A stretch of 62,578 nucleotides of DNA from NCBI GenBank assembly GCA_905331295.1, contig CAJNYD010000125.1:62001-124578 (forward strand), read 5' to 3'. The stretch comes from Rotaria socialis. Lineage: Eukaryota. A program made the translations under genes and the position numbers. Below the pieces are notes generated by a model. It had not been told where the DNA came from and ran no database searches. It worked only from the letters and a program-made list of their open reading frames with translations. Positions 1 through 14,071 of the stretch are shown in pieces (the first letter of the stretch is position 1; each line of letters opens with the position of its first letter).

Positions 1-311
1 AGGTTTTAAATCTACAGAAACCGAAAAAATAATTCATTGTAGAACTTAACAACAAAAGCATTCGATTACTCATAAAAATATGTGACATATAACACATTTT
101 CCATATATGATTTTATCTACCTATATTGTGATAAATATTTCAAATTATTATTTTATTTCCCTTCTATTAATATCAATCATTAACTTAATACCTATTGATA
201 CAAAATCAATATCTAAATCGTTTAAATTTATCAAAAAAAAAAAGATTTTGTTTTCAGTTAATTAGTTTTTTTCGTTATAAATAATTTTAATGTCTTTTTC
301 TTCTTTTTAAG

Positions 312-3052
312 TTGGGATTCGGTAAAAGTCAACCAACAAATGTATTATGGCTTGATGATTTACCTTTAAGTATAACCGAATCGTCAATACGAAATTTTAT
401 AATTCGTCACACGAATTTACCTACTTGTGAAGTCGTTGATATATTTATTGATAATCGGAATAGTCATAAAAGTCAAACAGCCCAATGTTTAATTTATTTT
501 ACTGAAACACGTGCTGCACAAGAAGCAATTAATTCGATACGTGGAAAAAAACTTGAATCGAAAAAAATACAAGTAGATTTTGCTAGTAAAGTGTTTGTTA
601 CCAGATTTTCGGATATTATTGATGAAACTAGTCATAAGAAAAAGTATGTTTAAATTATTTATTTTATCCATGAATATTCGAGTTCTGTTTTTTCCAGTTA
701 TGGTGGTTATCCGCCTGATTCAACATATCATGGAGAATCTCGACCTGTGTACGTAAAATAAATCAGTAGTTTATCATGATATTTTAGAGAGAAATTTTTT
801 CTTTTTTATTTAGATCAAAACGTAATGGTACAGTACGTGAAATTGTCCCCGAAACAATTCAAACATTTGAAACTGCATCTACTCGAACGAATAGTAGTGA
901 TCGATGGTTAAATGCATATAATAATACTAATACTAATGCTAATAATACTAATAGTAATCGATCACAACATAAAAATGATTCAAGACATTCATCCGATCGG
1001 TATTCAGATTTAATCCAACTCAATCATGATTTATTTATTTTTATTTTTCTAGACGGCATTCAAAAGAATATGGAAAAGGAAATACTAGTACTTTAATATC
1101 CATTCCATCAGGTATAGTTTCTATTAATCTTTATCATTGAAATGACTGTACGTTTCCTTTTTTTATTTTTGTAAAATAACAGTTGATAATGGAACTATTT
1201 GTGGTTCGTCAATAAATAGTCGACGACATCGTTTATCAACTTCATCAAAAGACAGTCGTATGTTAAACTATAGTTTGATTACGTTATTTTTCATAATTAT
1301 CTTGAATTAAACAATGAATTCGTTTTATTGTAATATAGTTCAATAAAACATCAATAATTCTATCCAACCACATGTAAACCATGTGATTTAATTAGCATTT
1401 TTCTGTAAATTTAAAAAAGTGGAACGTCTTTATGCTCATGTCGCTCGTTAAAATAGAATTTATTAATGATGAGTGCGACTACAGTAGATAAAAGAGATTT
1501 TTTGAACGAGAATCTGTAGAAAATTTTGAGTGAATCAATTTTAAAACAGAAGAGAGAATTGACTGACTTGCACTCTTTGACCTTTAACCTTTTCGCTATT
1601 TATTTAACATCAAAATTCAGTTTACTTTGTAACATCTAATGAAGACATACGGTTCGATGAAGTAAAGTTAATATTATATTTTAAAAAGGATACTCTCAAA
1701 TTTTTGTTTTAAATACAATAACCTGAATAGAATTATGAAAAGATAATAGAATCAATTGTTTTCAAAATAACCTTAAAAATATGTAATAAATTTTATTATT
1801 TTCTTAGTTTCAAATAATCTCTCATCCAGTCGAAATATTCATCGTAGTAGTCATGTTCGTCATCATGCTTCGTCAACATCATCGTCAGCTTCAAGATCAT
1901 CGTCAACAACAAGTCACAGTTCGACTAGTACAAATAGTCTTGAACATCGTTCAAATTCTTATCAAAAACATCATGCAAATAAACATCCACATAAAACATC
2001 GAAAAAACCTTCGAAATCTCTAGCAAATAACAATTTGAAATCATCTGGAAAAAAATCTTCATCAAATAAAGAACACACAACTAAATCTTCGAATCGTTCT
2101 CGAACATTAAAAACTGAAAAAGATACCGATTCATCAACAATCATTCCAAATTCTCAACAACAACCAAATGCAGCTATTCTTCCTAGTTTAGCACTTGAAG
2201 ATCATCTAGAAATAATAAAAAAAGAACCAACATTATCACCCAAACAACAACAACAACTACAGCAGCAGCAGCAGCAGCAACAACAACAAACAGCAGCAGC
2301 AGCAGCAGCAGTACATTCTTCATCATCACCAAAAGCACCCTTGAAAAATACTGAACGTGTTTTTGATTGGCTCATGCAGAATCATTTACATGATAGTAAT
2401 AGTTCAATGGGATTAGATCAAAATGATGATGAAGAGCATTCATTAAAACCAAAACCTGACGATGATAGTCTTGAAAATGTGAGTGACGAACAAACATCGA
2501 AAACATCACCACCTATTGAAACAAATAATTTAACGACGTCAACAAATATTAAATCAGTATCCGCATCAGCTTTACTAAAAAATGCTAAAAATGAAAAAGC
2601 TTCATTATTATTATCATCATCATCCTCATCGTATCGTCTACAGCCAATACGTGCTGGTAGTAAACGAGATGAACAAGGTGATAATTTATCAACAAATGAC
2701 GTTCATTTATCACCATCACAATCATCAACAACAATAACAAAAGATGATCTTGACAATCATGTGAGTCATCGTCGAATACATAAAACAAAATATCATTTAG
2801 CAACAAATCACACAAAAACAATTCCACTAGATTCAGTATCGTCATATGATCAATTAGATGTACGTTTAAGAAGTTATCCATTGTTATTTAATGATCATGT
2901 TGAATCTATTCGTTTACCATTTCCACAATTTGCATTTGAACATATTAAAACATCAACAACAGCATCTAATGTTCTTGTTGTACTTAATCCAAAAGCACAT
3001 TTAAAACATTCATCACTCGGTTTAAATAATCCATCATCATCTTCATTGTTAT

Positions 3053-3123
<71 letters not shown>

Positions 3124-6100
3124 ACAGCAACAACAACAACAACAACAACAACAACAACGCCTACGGTAACAACAACCACAACAATAAAATATGATCTATC
3201 ATTGGATACAAATCTTCTTAATAATACTAATACTACTAATAATAATAACGATGAAGATTTATCAACAGCACGTATACCACTTGATGAACGTATTAGATTA
3301 TTAGATAAACAAATGTACGAAATGAATCATGGACAACAAAAATCAGCAACATCATCCTCATCTTCATCATCAAGTTCATCACTATCACCAGCAATACTTA
3401 TTGAACAACAGAATTTAAAATCGACAGCAGTAACAACAACAACAACAACATCATCAATAAATCCCAATATCACAGTTAAAAGTGTTAATGAACTTGTATC
3501 AACACTTTCAGCATCAGCACCATCGACAACGCTTGCTCAATGTATTCAAGCAGCGCGTGCTGCTGCATTAAATGCTCAGCCAGCACAAACAATATTACCA
3601 TCTAAAACGACACCAACAATTTCAACAACTTCACCATTTCATTATCCAGTTACAGCTGTGCCAACATTAAATTTAAATCGGCCTATATCAGTAACAACTT
3701 CATCATCGGCGAATATTTCAGTATTAACACCACCACCACCGCCTCCACCTCCAGCACCATTTACAAGTTTGCAACGTTTATCTGATCCATCATCAAATTC
3801 AATATTAAATACATTTCATGCGGCTATTGCTCAAACACAACTAGCAGCAACAAAATATAATTCAATGTAAAAATTTTACTTTTTAACTAATACACATGAA
3901 AATTTTTATTTTTATTTCTTCTGCTCTTAGGTCATTTGCTAATACACTTCATCCTCCACCTCCACCAGTACCACCATCACTCATATCACCATCGCTTCAT
4001 CTTAATACTTCATCGATAACATCAACACTCGGTACTTCATCGAATAATAGTCTAATATCATCATTAAATATTCCTTCTCATCATCCTCCTACGCCAACAT
4101 CGTCATTACCTAATCGTTCAATTTCAACAAATCTTCTAAGTTCACCCACATCTAATATTCCATCTGTATCACCATTTTCTGATTCATCAATGAATTCACC
4201 TAGCACATCGTCAGCTAAAATTCTTGAACGTCTCGGACCATCTGCTAAATTTAAACGTAAACCTATTCCACCACCATTAGTTGTTAATACAACATCAACG
4301 ACACCAACAACACCTACCAATAATAAAGATTCTCCTACATTACTATCACCAGAATTGACAACGCCGACTAATACTGGATCTAATATACATCGTTCACCAG
4401 CAACAATTGCTTCGCCTGTTCTTCAACACCAAACATCAACTGGTTTAAAATCTATATTGAAACAACGTTCATTATCAAATCCATCACCACCGTCACCATC
4501 ACCAACAAATGAACGAAAAGCATCAACAAATTATGTATCACCATTAGCATCAAATGAAACACGTTCAACATCACAAATAACATCAACGAATAGTCGTTCA
4601 ACATCAATTGATTCAACAACAAAACGTACACCGCCATCAACACCAACCGTAACAAATGAAAAGAAAAAATCTCTTAATCAACAAGATACAAATGTATTTA
4701 CAAATGATATTGATGAACGTCAAGGAGATGATAAAAAATCTACATGGCGTTCACCTGCTACTAAGCAAACAGTTGTGAGTGAAACGAATGCGACGAAAAA
4801 ACCAACATTAGATAAAATTCCGAAAAAAACATCAACAATATCGAAACCAACTGTAAGTGAATCTATCAAGCCTACACCTAAAGTAACTAAACCTACAAAA
4901 CAAACAACATCGGCTGCACCCCTTGGCTCAAAGGTCCCACAATTAACGCTTGAACGTGTTGATACAAAATCTTTGAAGACATCAACAACAGCAACAACAA
5001 CTACTACTACGCCCACGACGACGACTGCTGCTGCTACGGCTACTACTTCTACTACCAATATTGGATCAAACGAAAAATTAGCTAATAAATCGTTGAAATT
5101 AAAACGTACTAATATTATACATAGTGATAGTGATACAGAAAAAAGATCGATAACAACTGATGTACAAAAAACGAAAAAGTCTTTACTAAATAATGATATA
5201 GCAAAACGTCAACAGCAACAGCAACATCAACAAAAACCAGTTACGACCAAAAAAAATCAATTAGTTAAAACAAAACCTAAAACTTTAACTAATACAGTAA
5301 AAAGTTCAACAACTTCAGAAACACATTCATCGGCGTCAGATATTGACGAAAAGAAAGTTGAACAAACTGTAATGAATTCTGATCATGAACAAACATCGAC
5401 TGATAATGGTGAAATACTTAGAAAAGAATCATTTAATAAACGAACGAAAACAACAAATAAAAATAAAAGATCAATGCAGAATCTTTCCAATTGGCGAGAC
5501 TTAAGACAAGATACCAGTATGTATGATAGAATTAAAAAACGAGCCAGAAGTGAACAAACACGAAATAGGTACGAATATGTTTTGATTAATTTTTAATGAA
5601 TTTCAAATGAAAAATATTTGTTGAAGTCAATAGAAGAACGAAAAAATTTACTTCTGCCTTTAGTTTATATTTACTTGAAACAAATATAACTGCTAATTTG
5701 ATAAGATTTGTGTATCTTAGAGGTGGATACAGTTCAGTTTAGAACAGTGTTTTATCTAGGTCTTATTTTCTTGAATAACAATTAAAAACTGTTTGATGAA
5801 CGTATTTACATAGAAATGATAATATAATTACAAAATCCCAAAAAGTCTACATGAATCTTAGAGATGAATAGCCTATTCGGATCTTAAAAAAATAGCTTCA
5901 ACTATGCAAAAAATTTATCATTTTGAAATTTTATTATAAACTCGAATAACAATATCAGTTTTGATGAAGCCAATTTGATCATTTAGTGAGACATTATATT
6001 CAGATTCACGAGAAAAACCAATGAATCACTGTCGAGTTTATATTAGTTGTGCATTAGTTAAACACTGATGAAATATGAATAGCTAAAAAAAATAATTTCA

Positions 6101-9100
6101 ATTCATAATATATTAATGCCGATATGTTTTTGTCTTTTATGGTATTATTTGAATCAATATGATTGTTCATTATCAAGAAACAGAGAAAACCTGAATTTTG
6201 AATATTTCAATTCGAAACTTTGTATAAACAGATGCTAAAGAATATAAGTTATTATGAAAATTTCATATCTTTTTATTTTCTTTTCGACAAAAATTCGAAA
6301 AGTAATATTTTGTTGGTCTAAATCAATGAAATAGGAGACACACGTCTTTATTGTAGTTATGCATATATGTTGTTCTAGCTGTTACGACAAGAATTGTTAG
6401 ATTCAAGTAAAAAAAATAGCATGAAAGTGCTGCATCTCAGCACTAATAATCTATGAATATGAATTAGTTTCAAGATATTCATATTTTATTACGGTTTAAA
6501 TAATGCTCACCAAGTCTAGACTTGAAAGTAATAGATTACTTTCAAGATTCCTCTATCAGTAGCAATTCTGTACTCATAATCAAAAAAGTAAAGATATTCT
6601 TCTAGCTTGTAATTAATATTTCAATTTAAAAAACAAATCTTCAAGTTTTCGAGATGTTTCTCAAATCATTTTTCTTTAATCATAACGTTGACTAAAAATG
6701 GTCAGTGTTACCTAAACTAATTGAAATTTAGTTAAATTTATATATAATAATCTTTTCCTTTCTTTTATTTTTTCTAGTTCATTATCAACTAGTGATAGTC
6801 ATTTATCTGATGGAAACAGTGATGACGACGGTGATGATAATGATGATGATGACGACGACGACGACGACGATGACGATGATGATGATAATAATGACAACGA
6901 TGAAGATCGAATACGTAGTCGACCGGTCAATATAGCACCAAAACGACATGTAATTCTGAACAAATTTTCTTATTATTTAATTTTCTAATAATCTTATTTT
7001 GTGTTTTATTTTAGAATGTTATGAGTGACTCATCCGATTCTGAAATCGAAAAGCCGACAAAAACTAAAACTAAAGCTAAAACCGCAACCGTTTTCGATAA
7101 TAATGTATTTGATGCTGAAGAAAGTGATGAATCAACTAAACCTATGAATCGTAAAAAGAAAGTTAATCAACAACAACCGCAACCGCAACCGCAACAGCCA
7201 CAACAAGTGAAGAAATCGGTATTAAAAACAAATAGTGAACAGACTAAAAAAGTTGAACCGATTAAAAAAGAAAAATTACCTAAAGCTAATGATGAACAAA
7301 CAATCGCTACAAAAAAGAAGATAACTGTAACAAAAACAATCGATAAAAAGAAATCATCTATACCAGCTACAGTAAAATCAACATCAAAAGTAACTAAAAC
7401 ATCAGTTTCAACACCGAAACGACCATCAACAGATGAATCAAATGAACCAGCAAAAAAGATGAAATTGGATGATGAAAAACCTAAAATTGTTGCAATTGAA
7501 GAACAACCATCATTAATAAAATCATCATCAACAATAACAACAATTCAAACTGAATCAGAAATTCTACCAATAAGTAAACCATCAATTGTTCTTACAGCAC
7601 CATCGGATGAACCTTCTACAACTCTACCCAAAGTTGATGAACCATCAATAGAAACGAATTCTCAAACAACACCAACTAAATTTGGTATTGTATTTCCTAG
7701 TCATCATCGTCATTCAACAACAACAACGCCGCCGCCGCCGCCACCACCATCATCATCATCGATTCGTGCACAGTCAACTGAAACATTAGTAACTCATGAA
7801 ACATCGAAAAATGCTGATGAGCGTATGGAGAACGATAATGAATCAATATCTGTTAACATTAATAATAATGATACAACTATAAAAGATGAACTAATAACAT
7901 CGAATACATTAAAGCCACCAACGGTAACAGCTCAGCCACCATTGAGCGACGATGAAACACTAAATCCAGAGACGATGCAACTTAGCGATTTAATTGGTAC
8001 TAGTCGACATGAAGAAACAAAGCCTACTCAATCGCGTTCAACAGCTAGAACAACTGGTAAAGGTAAACGTGGACCAAAACCAGATACGACTACTAATAAA
8101 CGTCAACAAACAAAAGCTAACTCTATAATCAGTCAATCGATAATTTCAAGTGAAAAACAACCCGAATCAATTAAAATATTAGTAGATTCAACTGCAACAT
8201 CATCTATAGAACAACCAACTCCAACATTAACAACTGTTAAACGTCTTTCTACAACAGAACCGGCATCTGTATCATGCTCAGTTATTGATAAAGAGCCGAA
8301 ACGTTTACGAATAAGTACAGATGATTCAATGTTACCATCACAACATAAAATTGAAACTACTGAAAAATGTTCGCCATTAACAGATAAACAGATTAAAGAA
8401 GATACTATTGAACCAACTTTAGTATCGGAAAAAGCTAAACAAGACACTCCACCACTTCTACGTTCAGTCCCATCACAATCACAACTACAACCACTTATTG
8501 ATCAATCACAAGTGACACCAATGGAAACTGATCAAATTCCATTATCATCTTCGATAATAGCATCAACAAAATCGCCATCAACAACAAATGCTGAAACTGA
8601 AACTGTTATTAAAGCATTATGTTCATCCATTCCAATACCACCACCACCACCACCACCACCATTACCGAAAATATCGAATCCAGAAAAAATGGCACCAATT
8701 ATAGCACCGATATCAAAAGAAACTTTACCAATTGTTGAACATAAGCCACCATCTATAACAACGCCTTCTGTATTACCTTCACATGTTCCAATTAAGTCAT
8801 CAATAACATCAACAACATTTAGTATGTTTTCTTTTTCTCTTCTTTTTTAAAACATTCAGTCTGTTTATATCTTTTTTCTTTTTGTCTATTTTTTAGATGA
8901 AAATGTTGAAGAGACATTAAGCGCTGTTAATAGTCTTCTTATGCTTAATAGTAATCCTTCGAATATATCTGGCGATCATCCAGCATTGAAAGGTGCTGCA
9001 CGTATAACACCAACAATAAGTAAACCAGTCTATTCATTAGTTGCATCGTTACCAAGTCCAACAGATCAACCATCTCGACAGGTAACAACCACAAATGTTT

Positions 9101-11279
9101 CAAGTATTCCAACACAAAAAAGTGATTTAATAACAATGGTATCAAATATTGTTTCATCATCGAATATTACTGGAGAAAAACAACCAGTCACAGCACCAAC
9201 GCGTACACCACCACCACCACCACTATCATCATCATCATTATCATCATCGTCTTCATCTACATCCGCATCAACAACAGCAGCTACCACACGGTCTCACATT
9301 GAAGAAGTTATTGATGATGTTGCTAAAAGTGCGTCAACAACAGTAACAACTGGAGTAATAACAGAAGTAAAAACATCGATAGTTGATTCAAATTCACTCT
9401 CGTCATCATCGCCGGCATCATCATGTTCGTCCACTGTAACTACAAAATCAACCTCAATACCAAATATATTACGTGACGTTATGAAGACACCTTGTTTAAC
9501 AACATCAAAAACTATTATAACGCCAACTACAACAACAGTAACAAGTGAAACATCAAATCTATTTGACTCACATCGTCATTCGAAATCACCATTAAAACCT
9601 ACAACAACAATAACAACAACAGCAAATATTCCAGCAGCAACAACACCATCAGCTGCACCTGTTGTACCTATTCTCGTTCGCCCAACGCTATCAAAAACTT
9701 CATCCAGTCATAAACGTTCGTCAACACCTAAGACTGAATCACTACCATCACCATCACCATCGCCATTGCTACATCAATTTCCGCATATGCTTACACCTGA
9801 TGGTAGTTTATTTGCGGCTGCAGCAGCTGCTCATCATTCAAATTTTCCATTTCCATTATTCGCTCCATTGCCATCAAATCCATCGAATCCAGTAGGAAAT
9901 TCATCATCAAATCTACTTGCCTTACCGCTTGTGTCAAGCTCTCCACCATTATCTGCACGACCGCCGTCAACCAATAGTAGTAGTCCGAGTACAAGTAGTC
10001 ATATTATTAGCAGCTCATTTCTGAATACAATTATGGCTGGACAACAGAATTCGTTATCAGCAAATCCAAATCCACATAGCCATGAAAAAGGATCAAAACG
10101 GTAAAGTTTTTCTTAGTTAAGACTATTTTTTTTCTTAACTATCATTGTATTTTTTAGAGAGCCTGTGAACACAAAAGGTTCAAGTACGCCATCATCATCA
10201 TCAAATCGTTCAACATCGATTCAACAAACAGTACCAGTACCGATTGCATTGACGATTCCATCAACATCATCATCTTCTTCATCATCATCATCATCATCAT
10301 CATCGTCATCATCGTCTAATCCAACAACAAATTCTGTTCTTAATCAACAACAGCAACCACCATTATTAAGTTCACTTGATGCTGCGGCAGCTGCTATGCG
10401 ACAGCAAGGATCACCTTTACAACAATTTATTGGACCAGGTTTGTCACATCTATAGTTTTTTTCTTTAGAATTTTCACTCTATAAGCAATATATAAATATT
10501 TTTAAGATTCTGTTGTACCATTTCGAAATGTTTACGCTGATCCATCTGAACTCTACGGTGCACCAACGAGTCTTTATTCATCGCCAAATATGGCTTATGC
10601 TGCAGCTCAACAAATGCTTAATGTTATCGGTATGACTGGTAGTCATCATCCATCGGCTGCTGCATTCGCAGAATTATATTCGAATCCAGACTCATTTTTT
10701 CGTTTAAATCCTCCTACAAATGAATTATCACGTGACCCATATAATGTTCAATGGCAAGGAAATTTCATACTAAAAAATGATCAAGCCTATGTTAAAACTC
10801 AACTTGTTGCTGGTAGTCCACAGATAGCACGTGCATCAATGAATTATTGGAATTCTGATTCACTATCAGCAACATCAACAAATTTACAAACATCATCACA
10901 TCATAATCTTCGTATATCACAACGTATGCGTTTAGAACAAACACAACTTGAAGGTGTTCAAAAACGTATGGTAATGGATGCTGATCATTGTATATTAATA
11001 GCTGAACCCAATGGCTCAACGCCCGATGAAATACGTATACAACAAAACAATTTAAAAAATGGTGTTATTCGATATTTCGATGAAAAAAAAGCAGCCGGCA
11101 TCGTCAATGTTTTGCTACCCGGTGCATCACAGCCAGCCTATGTTGTACATATTTTTCCACCATGTCAATTCGCATCTGAAATCTTACAAAAACGTGCACC
11201 GGATACGTATCGCTGTGTTGTTCAGAATAAAATTGAACAAATTTATTTGTTAATTGTCATAACGAGTACAGTTCAATAG
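312..11279 (+). CDS. SPEN: Split ends / SPEN (SHARP/MINT) family transcriptional corepressor; 5' part lies upstream of the window; about 12 exons visible
   Basis: Exon from 312 encodes an RRM starting LGFGKSQPTNVLWLD, typical of the last SPEN RRM. Long S/T/P/Q low-complexity exons follow (~1808-3865, 3931-5568, 7015-8822, 8899-10100). The terminal exon encodes a SPOC domain (WQGNFILKND...LRISQRMRLEQTQLEGV...KKAAGIVNV...VHIFPPCQF), with the stop at 11277-11279. Confidence 0.93.
3055..3158 (+). repeat. Coding microsatellite (GCA)n-(GCAACA)~10-(ACA)n encoding poly-Ala / Ala-Thr / poly-Thr in SPEN
   Basis: Directly visible tandem repeat inside a SPEN exon. Confidence 0.9.
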
Positions 11280-14071
11280 TTCTGTAACATTTTTTTTTTT
11301 GTTATTTCAATTGTTTTTTTCTTCTTTGTTCTATTTCCTTCTCAAATCTTTTTTTTCTTATCTACATACATACACACAGTGTTCTTGTGTACTATTGTAG
11401 TCAGTATTCGATGTGATGCTTCTTTATTTTGTATAGTTTCTCATAATCTTCTTCTTCTGGCTTATGTTGTTTTTTTTCTTTTTGGCTCTTATATATATAT
11501 CTATACTTAATTTCTCCCTTCTCGTATAGAAACACACACACACACACACACACATTCATGCTGATAGAATTATGCGAGTTGTGGGAATAAAAAAAAAGAA
11601 AGAAGGGAAGAAGAATCAGTTTTTGTTCTTGGTTTTTTTGTTGTATATTCAATGTTTGTTAGTGTGTGTGATTTAAATAGATGAACGACGTTTATCTTGT
11701 ATGCTCACCAGGTTTTTCTTTCTGTTTTTCTTTGTGTTTATGGAAGTATATTTGTTTTTTTTTTGTTTCACGCGAATGCAACGCAGTAAAACAAACAGAA
11801 AATATTCTAACTTGAAAAAGAAAAGTTAAGAGTATAAGACAAAAAAAATCATTACGTCATTTATAATTGTTGGCCCTAGTGTCCTTTGCCTTTTAGTTGG
11901 TATATCTATTGACTCGAGGATTAATTCTATTGATGATCAAAGGCAAAGTGCTTCGATTGCATAGGGGGAAAAAAGAACGATGTCTATGATAATTCACTCG
12001 TATACAGTTTGTGCGTAGACAAGAACATACGAGTATGTAGCGCACATGTAAGCTCTCAACAATGTGATCATTTCTATTGACAAATTAATATGCATCCTTG
12101 TGAGCACTAACAAGAGCAGAAACAGCACCAATCTCAGTTACTCTCTCTCTCTCTCTCTGTGTTCTACTATTTTTCCTGTTGTCGTCGTCGTTGTTGTTGT
12201 TGCTACTGCTACTGCTGCTGCTCATTCGATTTCTTTGCAAGATATTTCCATCATTTAGACTCAACGGATATCCATTATCTCACTTGTATACATATAGTAC
12301 GTGCTTGATGCGTGTGCAATGCACCAAGGGCATCATTCGCATTTTAATACGCGGATAGATATCAACAAAGAAAAGCTCGATCTCTCTAACAATGAGTCGA
12401 CTTTAGACGCTGAAAAAAGACCAATTTTTATTCATTCTGCTAACAAACGATCGATCGTTTCAGGGCTTCTCTAATTGAATCAGTCGGACGAACAAATTAG
12501 TTTTGACATGGGCTTACTCAACGGTTCTAAAGCATTGTTACATTTTTTGCCATTATCGATGTCGTAGCAATGCGATCAACTAACGATTTCTACGTCGTCA
12601 TTCTCAAAATATAAGTAAAGCAATTTTGATCGGTTCGAGCGGAAGTAATAAATATTGTGATGGATTTTTTTCAAATAAAATCAAAGACGTAAATACTTAT
12701 AGATATGTAATAACATTTTTCTACATAGTTTCTAGAATAAGTATAACAACCGATATGTTACCCGATGGATCTTTTCATTTATTTAATCTTTGGCATTGCG
12801 CCATGTAATTCTATTTTCTTAATTTCTTCTCTGTTCTTCTAGTTTTTCTTTCGTCTTCCGATCTTTGCTATTCAATTGGATGTGACAAACATGGTCTAAT
12901 CGATGCCGACCGGCGACTCGCGTTGACAAGGATTAACGAATATGTAGACCACCATATGGCGTGTGTGTATATAACATCGATCAATTAACATACTTTTCGC
13001 TTCTCTTCTGATGTACAGTCATTACGATCGTGTTTTTTTTAGTAACATAATAGTAATTAACTCAGTAGTTTATTTTACTGAAATACTTCAAACAAAAAAA
13101 TTTTCATTGATTAATGAAAGACAAAATTAATGGCAACCTTTTGATCGTTCTAGCATGATTAGTATGGTTAGTATTTCTCGTATTCCCTGCTGACGCAGCA
13201 AGGTCATAATCGTTAATAAAAGCAGATGGATTTCAATATAAATATAACACATCTATGAAGATGATGAGGAGAAAACGAAAACGAAGAGCGGTAAGTAATA
13301 GCCACTTGATGATGTCAAGTAAAAAGTAAATGATCACAATCGGGTCATCCTATTGACATTTCTAACCGAATGTTATGCAAGGGCATCTATTTTGTATATC
13401 TATTGCCCTTCAATTATGTTCTCTATCACTTTTTCGTTACTGTCAAATAGGCATTTAGATAGGAAAGCGAAAAGAAAATGAAGGTATAGTGTTTTCTTAT
13501 TCTTTGTCTTCGTCTTTATTCGTCATTCTCTTCTCTTGTCATGTCATCTACCAGGCAACAAAAGAGAAAGAAAGAGAAATACGAAAATAATTGAACACTC
13601 GTATTGTATTACAGCCCCTCGATTCTCACTTTTTCTTCGTAATACTGTTATGAAATGAGAGAAAGTGAGAAACAAAAATAGATTTCCATGCAACAGATGT
13701 CAACTAAAAACAGCATCAAAATAATAATAATAATGATAATAACAATTCAAATGACAAGTTACCACTATATATAGTTGCTTCTACAATACCACCCGCTATT
13801 CTATATGTGCAAGAGTAAATGCAAGCAAACCTGAAATCAAAGCTTGTTAGAATACAACTACAACAAAGAAGCGACAGGCGCGCACGTACGTCATTCTTTC
13901 TTTCTCTCTCTCTCTCTCTCTCTCTCTCGTCTTTCTCTTCGTCTTCCTTCCGTCTACCTTCCATCGAATGAAAAGAAGTAGTGGCAATAGCGGTCACCTT
14001 GTTTCTATTCTTCTTCTTCTTTGTCTTCCTCATCTTTTCATTTTTTTTCCAGATACATCATGAACTGATGA

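Noticed and set aside
2585..9994. Numerous antisense and alternate-frame ORFs over SPEN (poly-Val, poly-Asp, poly-His peptides)
   Set aside because: They are shadows of codon-biased low-complexity exons (ACA/TCA/CCA repeats) and have no independent splice or domain evidence.
11401..14033. Short ORFs in the SPEN 3' UTR and TIAM upstream region
   Set aside because: They are driven by (CA)n, (CT)n and A/T runs, with no coding signature.
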